From contig JBFWXO010000005.1 in NCBI GenBank assembly GCA_050187355.1, positions 18,502 to 82,501 of the forward strand: a stretch of 64,000 nt of DNA, written 5' to 3'. This DNA is from Vicinamibacterales bacterium. GTDB taxonomy: Bacteria > Acidobacteriota > Vicinamibacteria > Vicinamibacterales > UBA2999. Numbering within the stretch: the stretch's first letter is position 1; the number at the start of each line of letters is the position of its first letter. Below the pieces are notes generated by a model. That model saw only the letters and a list, made by a program, of their open reading frames with translations. It made no database searches and was not told the DNA's origin. Shown here piece by piece: positions 8,509 through 17,454 of this stretch. Position numbers and translations under genes: made by a program.

Positions 8509-9611
8509 CCGTCAACCAGTGGGTGCCGGCGGCCCACAAGGGCGACGCCATCGGCGACTCCGCCCGCCGCGTGCGGGGACTGCTGCGGGCGATGGGCCAC
8601 CAGTCGGACCTGTTCGCGCTCACGATCGACGACGAGCTCGTGGACGACGTGCGGCCGTTCGCCGATCCGGACGCAAGGCGCGGCGACATCACGATCTTCC
8701 ACTACGCCTTGCCCTCCCCGATGACCGAGGCCTTCGCCTCGCTGCCCCACGGGCGGGTGCTGCAGTACCACAACGTGACGCCGGCCCACTTCTTCGCCCC
8801 GTACCATCCGGGCATCTTCCGGCTGGCCCAGCTCGGCCGCGCCGAGGTGGCCACGCTCGCGGGCCGCACCGACGCCGCGCTGGGCGATTCCGAATACAAC
8901 CGCCGGGAGCTCGACGCCATGGGCTTCGACCGGACCGGCGTGTTCCCCATCGCCATCGACGTGGATCGGATCGCGGCCGCCCCGCGGCGGCCGGCCCTCG
9001 AGCGGATCCTGGACGACGGCCCCCTGAACTTCCTGTTCGTCGGCCGCATCGTGCCGAACAAGAAGATTGAGGATCACATCCGGCTCGCCGAGGTCTACAA
9101 GCGGTACGTCGACGTCAACTACCGCTTCATCTTCGTCGGCAAGACCGACGGCGTGCCCCGGTACTACGCGATGATCCGGGCACTCATCGCCGAGTACCAG
9201 ATGCCGGCGGACCGCTTCTGGTTCACGGGTCCCGTGCCGGACGAAGATCTCGCGGCCTTCTACCGGTCGGCCAGCGTGTACATCTCGCTGTCGGAACACG
9301 AGGGCTTCTGCGTGCCGCTGCTCGAGGCGATGGCCGCCGACGTCCCGGTGCTGGCTTACGGAGCCACGGCGGTTCCCGACACCCTCGGGGGCGCCGGCGT
9401 GCAGTTCGCCCCGAAGGACCTCGAGCTCGCCGCGGAACTGCTCGGCGAGCTCGCGTACAACCAGTCGCTGCGGGCACAGGTCATCGGCCGGCAGCGGCAG
9501 CGTCTCGCGGACTTCGGCGACGACCGCATCCGCGGCGCCCTCGCCGACCTCTTGCAGCAACGGTTCGTCCCCAGCCCGGGATCGACACCAACGGACGGAG
9601 TGACATCGTGA
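8505..9611 (+). CDS. glycosyltransferase family 1/4 (type B' paralog of 7210-8508)
   Basis: 368 aa, ATGA overlap with the upstream gene. It shares the same conserved blocks (GDAIG, YHNVTPAHFF, LGDSEYNRRELDAMGF, FVGRIVPNKKIED, SEHEGFCVPLLEAMAADVPVLAY). Confidence 0.8.
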   Translation: MTVNQWVPAAHKGDAIGDSARRVRGLLRAMGHQSDLFALTIDDELVDDVRPFADPDARRGDITIFHYALPSPMTEAFASLPHGRVLQYHNVTPAHFFAPYHPGIFRLAQLGRAEVATLAGRTDAALGDSEYNRRELDAMGFDRTGVFPIAIDVDRIAAAPRRPALERILDDGPLNFLFVGRIVPNKKIEDHIRLAEVYKRYVDVNYRFIFVGKTDGVPRYYAMIRALIAEYQMPADRFWFTGPVPDEDLAAFYRSASVYISLSEHEGFCVPLLEAMAADVPVLAYGATAVPDTLGGAGVQFAPKDLELAAELLGELAYNQSLRAQVIGRQRQRLADFGDDRIRGALADLLQQRFVPSPGSTPTDGVTS

Positions 9612-10903
9612 GGATTGCGTTCGTCGTTCAACGGTACGGCGCCGAGATTCTCGGCGGGTCGGAGTACCACTGCCGGCTGATCGCCGAGCGCCTGGCCGCG
9701 CGGCACGACGTGGACGTGCTGACGACGTGCGCCCGCGACTACGTCACCTGGAAGAACGAGTATCCGGAAGGAAACGACCGGATCAAGGGCGTGACGGTCC
9801 GCCGCTTCCCGGTGGCAGCGCCGAGGGACATCGCGGCGTTCAACCAGTATTCGGACTGGATCTTCCACCACCCGCACTCGCGCGAGGACGAGCTCAAGTG
9901 GCTCGAGATGCAGGGCCCCTGGACTCCGGCGCTGCGCGACTACCTGACGAAGCACCACCGGTCCTACGACGCGCTCATCTTCTTCACGTATCTCTATGCG
10001 CCGACGGTGCTCGGGCTGAAGGTCGATCCCGCCCGCAGCATCCTCGTGCCCACGGCACACGACGAGCCCGCGATCCACCTGGGCATTTACAGGGAGATGT
10101 TCAAGCAGCCGGCGGCGATCGCCTTCAACACGGACGTCGAGCGGCAGTTCCTGAAGACCAGGTTCGAGATCGCGGCAAAGGCCGAGGAGGTCGTGGGCTG
10201 CGGCGTGGACCTGCTGCCCGGGTCCGACCAGGGCGCCGCTCCGGCCGACGATCGCGACGACCGCCGAAAGGCGTCGCCCGTGGCGGCGGCCATGGCCCTG
10301 GACGAGCCGCGCGATCAGGAGGAGGAGCCGCTGCCGGAGCACCTGGCGCAGCGCGGCGCGCGGTTCCGGCGGCGGCACCGGCTGCACGGACCGTTCCTGC
10401 TGTACGGCGGCCGGATCGATCCCGGCAAGGGCTGCGAGGAGCTGCTCGAGTACTTCACCAGCTACAAGGAACAGTCCGGCGAGGCCGACCTCGTGCTCAT
10501 GGGCGTCAAGCTCATGCAGCTCCCGGAGGTGCCCTGGGTGCGCTTCGCCGGCCTGCTGTCCGAGCGGGAGCGCCTCGAGGCGCTGGAGGCCGCCACGATC
10601 GTCGTCGTGCCGTCGCCCTTCGAGAGCCTGTCACTGCTCGCCCTCGAGGCCATGGCCGTCGGGACGCCGGTGCTCTGCAACGGGCGCAGCGACGTGCTCG
10701 TGGAACACTGCATGCGCAGCCAGGCCGGCCTCTGGTACAACGACCGCGACGAGTTCGTCGAGGCCGTCAAGCTGCTCCTGGCCGATGACCGGCTCCGGCG
10801 CGCGATGAGCCGGAACGGCAAGGAGTACATCAAGCGCGAGTACCGCTGGGACGTGATCCTCGCCAAGTACGACCGGCTGATCGCGGCGGTGCGCCAGCGC
10901 TGA
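9608..10903 (+). CDS. glycosyltransferase family 4 (type A' paralog of 5626-7209)
   Basis: 431 aa, GTGA overlap with the upstream gene. MRIAFVVQRYGAEILGGSEYHCRLIAERL...LTTCARDYVTWKNEYPEG...GVTVRRFPVAAPRD aligns by eye with the 5626 gene. Contains an acidic insertion before the GRIDPGKGCEEL block. Confidence 0.85.
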   Translation: MRIAFVVQRYGAEILGGSEYHCRLIAERLAARHDVDVLTTCARDYVTWKNEYPEGNDRIKGVTVRRFPVAAPRDIAAFNQYSDWIFHHPHSREDELKWLEMQGPWTPALRDYLTKHHRSYDALIFFTYLYAPTVLGLKVDPARSILVPTAHDEPAIHLGIYREMFKQPAAIAFNTDVERQFLKTRFEIAAKAEEVVGCGVDLLPGSDQGAAPADDRDDRRKASPVAAAMALDEPRDQEEEPLPEHLAQRGARFRRRHRLHGPFLLYGGRIDPGKGCEELLEYFTSYKEQSGEADLVLMGVKLMQLPEVPWVRFAGLLSERERLEALEAATIVVVPSPFESLSLLALEAMAVGTPVLCNGRSDVLVEHCMRSQAGLWYNDRDEFVEAVKLLLADDRLRRAMSRNGKEYIKREYRWDVILAKYDRLIAAVRQR

Positions 10904-10907
10904 CCAC

Positions 10908-10938
10908 GGCGGCCCGGGTGGGCCGCTCCCGGGCCGTC
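10908..10938. terminator. GC-rich hairpin between convergent genes (candidate bidirectional terminator)
   Basis: CGGCCCGGG (10910-10918) pairs with CCCGGGCCG (10928-10936), extendable by two more pairs, with a 9-nt loop. It sits between the stop of the last GT (10903) and the stop of the response regulator (10937). Confidence 0.45.
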
Positions 10939-12394
10939 AATCCGCTTCGGGGGGCGCGGCCTCCGGCGGCTCCGCGGTCTCGGCGCCCGCCGTCGCGCTC
11001 GACGCCTTCTTCCGGCGGGGGCGGATGTCGTAACGCTTGATCATCTCGTTCAGCGTCGTCGGCTTGATATGCAGCAGCTCGGCGGCGCGCTTCTGGACCC
11101 CGCCTGCCGCCTCGAGCGCCGACTCGATCCACTGCCGTTCGTAGGCCGAGGTGACGTCCTTCAGCGAGATCCCCTCCGGCGGCAGCACCACGGACGGCAC
11201 CAGCGCGCGTGGCGCCCGACGGACGCTCTCGGGAATCATCTGCGGACCGAGAACGCGGCCCTGGGTCAGGACGACGCCTCGTTCGATCACGTTCTCGAGC
11301 TCACGCACGTTGCCGGGCCAGTCGTGGTCCATCAGCATGTCGAGCGTCTCTGGCGCGATCTCGAGGACCGGGCGGTCGTTCTCCTCAGCGTACTTCTGCA
11401 GGAAGTGCTGCACGAGCAGGGGAATGTCGTCCTTCCGCTCGCGCAGCGGCGGCAGGTGGATGCTGATGACGTGCAGGCGGTAGTAGAGGTCCTCGCGGAA
11501 CTTCCCGCCCTCGACCTCGTGCTTCAGGTCCACGTTGGTCGCGGCGATGATGCGGACGTCGACCTTGATCGTCTCCATGCCGCCGAGGCGCATGAACTCC
11601 CGTTCCTGCATGACGCGCAGGAGCTTCGCCTGCGTATCCGGCGACACGTTGCCGATCTCGTCGAAGAAGATGCTGCCCTTGTCGGCCAGGTCGAAGAGGC
11701 CCTTCTTGGGATAGACGGCGCCGGTGAAGGCGCCCTTCACGTGTCCGAAGAGCGTGGACTCGAGGAGGTCCGGGGGAAGATTGCCCGAGTTGACGGTGAC
11801 GAATGACTTGTCGGCCCTGGCCGAGTTGGCATGGATGGCTCGGGCCACGAGTTCCTTGCCCGTGCCGCTCTCCCCCGTGATGAGGATCGTCGACCGGCTT
11901 GGCGCCGCCTGGATCACCAGGTCGAAGACCTGCTTCATCTGAGGGCTGCCGCCGATGATGCCGGCGAACTTGTGGTACCGCGCCTGCAGGTGCTGGCGGA
12001 GGGAGAGGTTCTCGGCGACCAGCCGGCGGCGCTCGACGGCGTTGCCCAGGACGACGAGGACCTCGTCGTTCTTGAACGGCTTCGTGATGTAGTCGAAAGC
12101 GCCCCGCTTCATCGCGCTGACGGCTGTCTCCATCGAGGCCAGCGCCGTGATCATGAGCACCGGCAGTTCCTCGTCGAAGGCGCGGATGGCGTCGAGCACC
12201 TGCAGGCCGTCCATGCCCGGCATCATGACGTCCACGATGGCCGCGTCGATCGGCGTCGATCGCAGGACGTCGAGCCCCTCGGGGCCCGACGACGCGAGAT
12301 GCACCCGGTAGCCCTCGCGCGTCAGGAGCGTCTCGAGGATCTCCCGCATGATCTCTTCGTCGTCGATGACGAGAATCGTTCCGTGCCGGGGCAT
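10937..12394 (-). CDS. sigma54-dependent response regulator (NtrC-family bacterial enhancer-binding protein)
   Basis: Start chosen at ATG 12394 (MPRHGTILVIDDEEIMREIL...) with GGGAGG SD. The track ORF extends further into the kinase gene and is not credible there. Receiver domain (VDVMMPGMDG), AAA+ domain with GESGTGKE and the GAFTGA motif (HVKGAFTGA), and a C-terminal Fis-type HTH (AAELLHIKPTTLNEMIKRYDI). Confidence 0.9.
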   Translation of the reverse strand: MPRHGTILVIDDEEIMREILETLLTREGYRVHLASSGPEGLDVLRSTPIDAAIVDVMMPGMDGLQVLDAIRAFDEELPVLMITALASMETAVSAMKRGAFDYITKPFKNDEVLVVLGNAVERRRLVAENLSLRQHLQARYHKFAGIIGGSPQMKQVFDLVIQAAPSRSTILITGESGTGKELVARAIHANSARADKSFVTVNSGNLPPDLLESTLFGHVKGAFTGAVYPKKGLFDLADKGSIFFDEIGNVSPDTQAKLLRVMQEREFMRLGGMETIKVDVRIIAATNVDLKHEVEGGKFREDLYYRLHVISIHLPPLRERKDDIPLLVQHFLQKYAEENDRPVLEIAPETLDMLMDHDWPGNVRELENVIERGVVLTQGRVLGPQMIPESVRRAPRALVPSVVLPPEGISLKDVTSAYERQWIESALEAAGGVQKRAAELLHIKPTTLNEMIKRYDIRPRRKKASSATAGAETAEPPEAAPPEAD

Positions 12395-12414
12395 GGGAAT
12401 GGGGGCCTCCCGCC

Positions 12415-15348
12415 CTACTGCCGCGCCTCGCGCCGCCCGGAGGGACCGGGCTGGGTCGAGGACGACGACGCCGCCAGGGGGAGCGTCACCACGAACCGGG
12501 TGCCCTGCCCCACGGCGCTCTCGCATTGGATGGTACCGCCGTGCTCCTGCACGATCCCGTACGAAATCGACAGGCCGAGGCCGGTGCCCTGCCCGATGCT
12601 CTTGGTGGTGAAGAACGGATCGTAGATGCGCGCCAGATGCTCGGGCGACACGCCGGTGCCCGTGTCGCTCACGTCGGCGATGGCCCGATCGCCCTCGACC
12701 CGGGTCGCGATCGTCAGCCATCCACCGGACGGCATGGCATCACGCGCGTTCAGGAAGAGGTTCAGGAACACCTGCTGCAGCTTGAACTCGTAGCCGATGA
12801 CCGGCACCGGGCCCGTCGAGAGCTCGCGCCGCACGCGCACGCTCCCCTTGTCGAACTGGTGCTCGAGGAGGGCCAGGACGTCGGCGGCCACCGCGTTGAG
12901 GTCCACCACGGTGCGCTCGCTGTCGTCGGCGGTGGCGGGCCGGGACAGGTTCAGGAGGCCATTGACGATGCGGGCGGCGCGGAAGGTCTGCTTCTCGATC
13001 TTCTCGAGGACGGCCGTGCGCGGGTCGTCGGGCTCGGCCTGCTCCAAGAGCATCTGCGTGTAGCTGGAGATTCCGGTGAGCGGCGTGTTCACTTCGTGCG
13101 CCACGCCCGCGGCCAGGAGCCCCAGCGACGCCATGCGCTCCGACACCCGCAGCTGCTCTTCGAGAGCGGCGCGCGCCGTCACGTCCTCGAACATGACGAT
13201 CGTCCCGGCCCACTCCCGCCCCGGCATCGGCAGGAGCGGCACCGTCGTGATATTGACGAGGAGCCGGTCTGGCGCGTCGACGCCCTGGCGGGGCCGCATG
13301 GGGACGCGGTATTCCGTGCCGCCGTTGGGTGATGCCGCACGCGCGGCCGCGACGGCCGCCACCACGTCGGCGTCGAACAGCACGTCCAACGGACGTCCCA
13401 CGGCCTCGCCGCGGCGGAGACCGTAGATCCGCTCGAGTGCGTGGTTCCAGCGGACGACCGCGCCATCGCCGCCCACGACCAGCAGCCCGTCGTCGAGCGA
13501 CTCGAGGATGTGCTCGTTGAACACGCGAAGCCGGTCGAACTCGGCTGCCTTCAGATGCAGTTCCCGGTAGAGCCTGGCGTTCTCGATGGCCGTCGCGGCC
13601 TGGCCCGCCATCGCCGTCAGCAGGGCGATGTCGTCGGTGGTCATCGGCTCGCCGTTGTCACGGCGGCCCAGGGCCAGCACGGCGATCGACGTGGACTTGG
13701 CGACGCACGGCACGAAGTAGAAGAGGCCGGCATCGCGCCACTCCTCGATCTCCTCCGCCGGCATCCTGGCCGCGGCCACGGGATCGTCGAAGCGCACGGC
13801 GTGGCCCTGGCCCAGCCTGGCGGCCAGCGCCGACTGCCGGGAGATGGGTCGCGGCGCGCCAGGGAAGCCGTCGTAGCGTACGGGCACGAAGTCGCCCAGG
13901 TCGGTGCCCGAGAGGAGGCACAGGCGGTCCACGCCCAGCGTGTCCCGGACGCGCGTGAGCAGGCGCTCGGCCAGCCGGTCGAGATCCAGATCGGAGTTGA
14001 GCTCGCGGGCGAACCCGACGAGGGCGCGGCGGTAGTCGTACCGGCCGCGATAGAACACCCGGTCGATGCCGGTCTGGACGGCTTCGGTCACTGGACGGGC
14101 CAGGAGCAGCACGACGGCCGTGGCCAGGAGGGCGATGACCCAGCGGTGGTCGTCCTCGTTCGGCACGAGGTAGCTGCCGGTCGCGCGAAGCAGCACCATG
14201 TAGATGGCGGCGATGGCGCTGAGGGCGGCCGTGTAGACGAGAAGGCGCTTGAGGATCACCTCCACGTCCATCAGGCGATAGCGGACGATGGCAGAGGCGA
14301 AGGCGAAGGGCACGAAGCCGAGCGGCACCGCCGTGAGCTGCATTGCCAGGGACGGCGTCGCGCCGAACGCGAACGGCAGCGCGTAGGCCAGCACGAACGG
14401 GCCGGAGCCGATGGCGGCGCCCCAGACGATCCACCGCAGCTGGCGGAGCGCGGTCGTGGACCGTACGCGCGTGAGAGCGAAGGCGAACACGCCCAGGCCG
14501 GCGAGCAGGTAGGCGCCCACGAACAGGGGTTCCCACCGGTCGAGCACGGCGATGGTGCCGATCAGCCGCGAGGGGTCGGCCGATGCCTGTCCGAGCACCC
14601 ACGCCCTGACGAGCGCGAGGGCGGCCGGCGGGACGTACAGGCTCGGCCACAGGCGGCCGGCAAGGACCGCCAGGGCGGAGGACTTGGGACGCTCGGGAAA
14701 CACGAGCGAGAAGTGGAGGAAGAGCGGCGGCAGCAGCAGCGTGGCGAGCTGGTCGGCCCAGTAGAACAGCCAGTCCACCCGGTCGAGCCGCCCGGAGAAG
14801 GAGAACGTGAAGACGCCGTAGAAGGCGACGCTCAACCAGAAGAAATGGAGGGTGGCGGGATCCCGTGGCCTCCGCGTCCGCACGGTGGCGCCCACGAGCA
14901 GGGAAAAGACCCCGACCGCCGCAAGGACGTAGTACAGACCGCCGACGCCCCGGGGGATCGGCGCCAGGGTGACTTGCGCGATGCGGCGATCTCCGAGCGA
15001 CAGCAGCGTGTAGGTGTGGCGGGCGCCGCGGCTCGCCGACTGCTGCAGCCCGAGCACGTCGTCCCTGGTTTCGATCGGCTGCCCGTCCACCGCGAGCAGC
15101 ACGTCGCCGGGCCGGACTCCGGCTCGACCGGCCGCCGAGCGCGGATCGACGTCGGCCGCCACGACGCCAGTCGTGCGCTGCACCCACAGCACGCCGTCCT
15201 CGACGTCGTCCTGCGTGGCTCGCTGCACGATGTTCAGGAACCCGAGCACCAGCAGCACGGTCGCCACGGCGACCGGCAGCAGCCCGCTCGCCTTCAGCGG
15301 CGATCCGTGGCCGGCCACGTGGTGCGCAGGGGTGTGCAGGGGGTTCAT
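12415..15348 (-). CDS. multi-pass sensor histidine kinase with PDZ domain between TM1 and TM2, followed by GAF, PAS, HisKA and HATPase domains
   Basis: Track ORF 12415-15390 starts at a GTG that overlaps a sigma54-like promoter, so I prefer ATG 15348 (MNPLHTPAHH...). PDZ-like segment ...AAGRAGVRPGDVLLAVDGQPIETRDDVLGL... About 10 hydrophobic helices. H-box HEVNTPLTGISSY and G-boxes DTGTGV...GTGLGLSISYGIV. Confidence 0.85.
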   Translation of the reverse strand: MNPLHTPAHHVAGHGSPLKASGLLPVAVATVLLVLGFLNIVQRATQDDVEDGVLWVQRTTGVVAADVDPRSAAGRAGVRPGDVLLAVDGQPIETRDDVLGLQQSASRGARHTYTLLSLGDRRIAQVTLAPIPRGVGGLYYVLAAVGVFSLLVGATVRTRRPRDPATLHFFWLSVAFYGVFTFSFSGRLDRVDWLFYWADQLATLLLPPLFLHFSLVFPERPKSSALAVLAGRLWPSLYVPPAALALVRAWVLGQASADPSRLIGTIAVLDRWEPLFVGAYLLAGLGVFAFALTRVRSTTALRQLRWIVWGAAIGSGPFVLAYALPFAFGATPSLAMQLTAVPLGFVPFAFASAIVRYRLMDVEVILKRLLVYTAALSAIAAIYMVLLRATGSYLVPNEDDHRWVIALLATAVVLLLARPVTEAVQTGIDRVFYRGRYDYRRALVGFARELNSDLDLDRLAERLLTRVRDTLGVDRLCLLSGTDLGDFVPVRYDGFPGAPRPISRQSALAARLGQGHAVRFDDPVAAARMPAEEIEEWRDAGLFYFVPCVAKSTSIAVLALGRRDNGEPMTTDDIALLTAMAGQAATAIENARLYRELHLKAAEFDRLRVFNEHILESLDDGLLVVGGDGAVVRWNHALERIYGLRRGEAVGRPLDVLFDADVVAAVAAARAASPNGGTEYRVPMRPRQGVDAPDRLLVNITTVPLLPMPGREWAGTIVMFEDVTARAALEEQLRVSERMASLGLLAAGVAHEVNTPLTGISSYTQMLLEQAEPDDPRTAVLEKIEKQTFRAARIVNGLLNLSRPATADDSERTVVDLNAVAADVLALLEHQFDKGSVRVRRELSTGPVPVIGYEFKLQQVFLNLFLNARDAMPSGGWLTIATRVEGDRAIADVSDTGTGVSPEHLARIYDPFFTTKSIGQGTGLGLSISYGIVQEHGGTIQCESAVGQGTRFVVTLPLAASSSSTQPGPSGRREARQ

Positions 15349-15373
15349 GGGTCCGGACAGCGGCCGTTTGGGG

Positions 15374-15389
15374 TGCAAACGACATACCA
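15374..15389 (-). promoter_or_regulatory. candidate sigma54 (-24/-12) promoter for the kinase/regulator operon
   Basis: The minus strand reads TGGTATGTCGTTTGCA. GG and GC are at the exact consensus spacing of TGGCACG-N4-TTGCW, and the -12 TTGCA is perfect. It lies 26 nt upstream of ATG 15348. Confidence 0.5.
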
Positions 15390-15538
15390 CGATCCGAAAA
15401 ATCGGACCAATGATAAGTCTCTGTGAATCAGCGTCTTACGCGCGTTTTTGCCGCTCCACGGCAGGGGAACCAAACGCTTGAAGGGAGCGCGACCAAAATC
15501 CCGGGACAGGGCCGGCGGGACGCCGCGGATCCGGCGAC

Positions 15539-17383
15539 TCAGAAGCGGACCTGGAGGCCGCCGACAAGGCGCTTCGGGGCGCGCACCACGAGCAGCTCGT
15601 CGTAGATCGAGCGGTCGTCGAGGCTCGAGCGGAACAGGCTGCGCACGCCCAGGAGCATCTCCCAATCGCCGGCGCCGTCCAGGAACGGCAGGCCCTGGCG
15701 CAGCTGCATATCGAACCGCGCCGCCGCCTTGTCCAGGGTGGACGTGCCCGTGAACCCCGTGTCGATTTTGTAGACCACGTGGAAGCGCGTGGCGGTGAGT
15801 GGGACGCCGGCATCGATGGAGGCCGTCAGGTCGTGGATCCGCTCGTGGGGGTCCCGAATCGCCTGGGGCGCCATGTCCACCAGCGCGCGATCGTCGGGAC
15901 CGCTCGAGCGATTCCAGTGGGCCGTCACCAGCGTGTAATCGAGCCGCGCTTGCACGTTGGGCGTGAAGTCCTGGGTGATGCCGGCGGTCCAGCCCCTGAG
16001 CGACGCATCCCCGGCGACCGCCACGCCGTAATGGCCGCCCGCGGAAACCAACCCGTCCGGGTCGGCCACGCCGAACACCGTGACCAGCTGGTTCTCAACG
16101 GCTTGGCCGAAGGTCCGGAGTTCCAGCGCCGTTCCACGGTAGGCGCGCGTGACGCCGACCTCGAGGTGCTGCACCCGCTCCGTGCGGAACCGATTCGCGC
16201 CAAGGGGCGCGAACGTGCGCTGCGGCGGCACCCACAAAGCGTCGGCGGGCGGCACGAACTCCTCGGCTCCGGGCGCAACCTGCTGGAGCGACGCGAGTGC
16301 GCGAACGCGCCAACCGCGGGCGGGCGAGAAGGTGACGCTGCCGGTGGGGCTCAGGAGCCCGCGACTCGCGAGGTAGTCGAAATGCTCGTAGCGCGTTCCG
16401 TAGCCAACCTGCCAGCCTGGCGCCAGGGGGAACTCGTGGCGGCCGTAGATGGACGTGACGCGGCGATGGCCTTCGGGGACCGCCTGGAGCGCCGCGATGT
16501 TGCCCCCACGGTAGGTCTGCAGCGTGTGGGTCATCCCGACCGCCACTTGATGGCGGGCGGACGGGCGCGACGCGTAGTCGCCGGCCATGGCCCACGACGA
16601 GATGTCGCCGCTGTTCATCGTGGCTTTCGCCGACCAGTCGCCCTGATCGCCAACCGGGGCACCAACCGCCAGGAACGCCACGCCGGACGCCGGGCCGAAC
16701 TCCACCATCTCGTCGGCGTCGTCGTACGCGGTGGCGGTGAGCAGGTTGACCTGGCCGTTCAGCGGCCAGCTCGACAGGACGTTCGACGCGACGTCGAACG
16801 CGCGGGAGAAGAATCCAGCCCCGTCGGCCTCGGGCCATTCGCCGTCCGGCTCGGGGGCCGGGACGACGCCGCCGTCCTCGTCCTTGAGCACGCTGCGCGT
16901 GAGCCGCCGCAGGCGCCAGGCGAGGGCGCTTTCGTCGCGCGGCTCGGCCAGTGTGTCCACTCCGGGAACGCCGGCGGCCTTCACGTCCCCGGATGCCCCC
17001 TCGACGCGACGCAGCGTGAAGGACGACGACGCGCGTGCGGCCGGCCGCACGTTGACGAGCGTGCTCCTGGCCGCCGCGTAGCCTTCGCGGTGGACGCGGA
17101 CGACGTACGGGCCTGCCGGGAGATCGGAGAGGCGATACCTCCCCGTGTCGTCGGTGACGGCGAAGGACGTGGCGCCGCCGAGAGCCGAGACGACGGCGCC
17201 TTCGACAGGCGTCCCGCCGTCGTCGAGCACGGTGCCGAAGATCGAGCCGACCGACACGGCCACCACGCGGACGACGGGAACGCCGGATGCCTGGGGCTCA
17301 GCGGACTGCGAGAGCGCCGGGGTGACGTTCAGGAGCAGGGCGGCGGCAGCTGCCGCCGGGAGCCGAACGCGGTAAGCGATCAT
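15539..17383 (-). CDS. outer-membrane beta-barrel protein with N-terminal carboxypeptidase-regulatory-like domain (no obvious plug)
   Basis: Start at ATG 17383 gives a signal peptide MIAYRVRLPAAAAAALLLNVTPALSQS. CarboxypepD_reg-like segment GTVLDDGGTPVEGAVVSALGG...TDDTGRYRLSDLPAGPYVVRVHREGY. Alternating beta-strand pattern, with C-terminus ...GGLQVRF ending in Phe. Confidence 0.75.
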   Translation of the reverse strand: MIAYRVRLPAAAAAALLLNVTPALSQSAEPQASGVPVVRVVAVSVGSIFGTVLDDGGTPVEGAVVSALGGATSFAVTDDTGRYRLSDLPAGPYVVRVHREGYAAARSTLVNVRPAARASSSFTLRRVEGASGDVKAAGVPGVDTLAEPRDESALAWRLRRLTRSVLKDEDGGVVPAPEPDGEWPEADGAGFFSRAFDVASNVLSSWPLNGQVNLLTATAYDDADEMVEFGPASGVAFLAVGAPVGDQGDWSAKATMNSGDISSWAMAGDYASRPSARHQVAVGMTHTLQTYRGGNIAALQAVPEGHRRVTSIYGRHEFPLAPGWQVGYGTRYEHFDYLASRGLLSPTGSVTFSPARGWRVRALASLQQVAPGAEEFVPPADALWVPPQRTFAPLGANRFRTERVQHLEVGVTRAYRGTALELRTFGQAVENQLVTVFGVADPDGLVSAGGHYGVAVAGDASLRGWTAGITQDFTPNVQARLDYTLVTAHWNRSSGPDDRALVDMAPQAIRDPHERIHDLTASIDAGVPLTATRFHVVYKIDTGFTGTSTLDKAAARFDMQLRQGLPFLDGAGDWEMLLGVRSLFRSSLDDRSIYDELLVVRAPKRLVGGLQVRF

Positions 17384-17413
17384 GCTGTGCTCCGTGCCTC
17401 CAGGGGAAACCCT

Positions 17414-17436
17414 GCCCCGCGCGGCGCACGCGGGGC
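17414..17436 (-). terminator. intercistronic GC hairpin (possible attenuator/terminator)
   Basis: 8-bp perfect stem GCCCCGCG/CGCGGGGC with a 7-nt loop, in the 71-nt spacer between the secreted-protein gene and the OMP gene. It is followed on the minus strand by AGGGTTTCCCC. Confidence 0.35.
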
Positions 17437-17454
17437 GGGTGCCCAAGCCAGTGC

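Noticed and set aside
10937-12721. Long N-terminal extensions in the track ORFs: response regulator to 12721, inositol-phosphate synthase to 35683, DUF1015 to 59862, enolase from 19998, gpmA from 20957, TBDR from 35857, VWA from 45887, BON from 47356 and polA from 49882.
   Set aside because: The extensions overlap neighbouring well-supported genes or consist of low-complexity sequence. Internal starts give canonical family N-termini, signal peptides and/or SD sequences.
17438-17454. TGG...GC-containing strings that look sigma54-like at first glance: minus-strand TGGCTTGGGCACCCGC at 17438-17454, with two similar strings elsewhere on the plus strand (TGGAGAGAAACGACTTGC at 18547-18564 and TGGTGCAATCGTGTGCA at 22577-22593).
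   Set aside because: The GG-to-GC spacing is off by one to three nucleotides in each case. Sigma54 promoters do not tolerate this.
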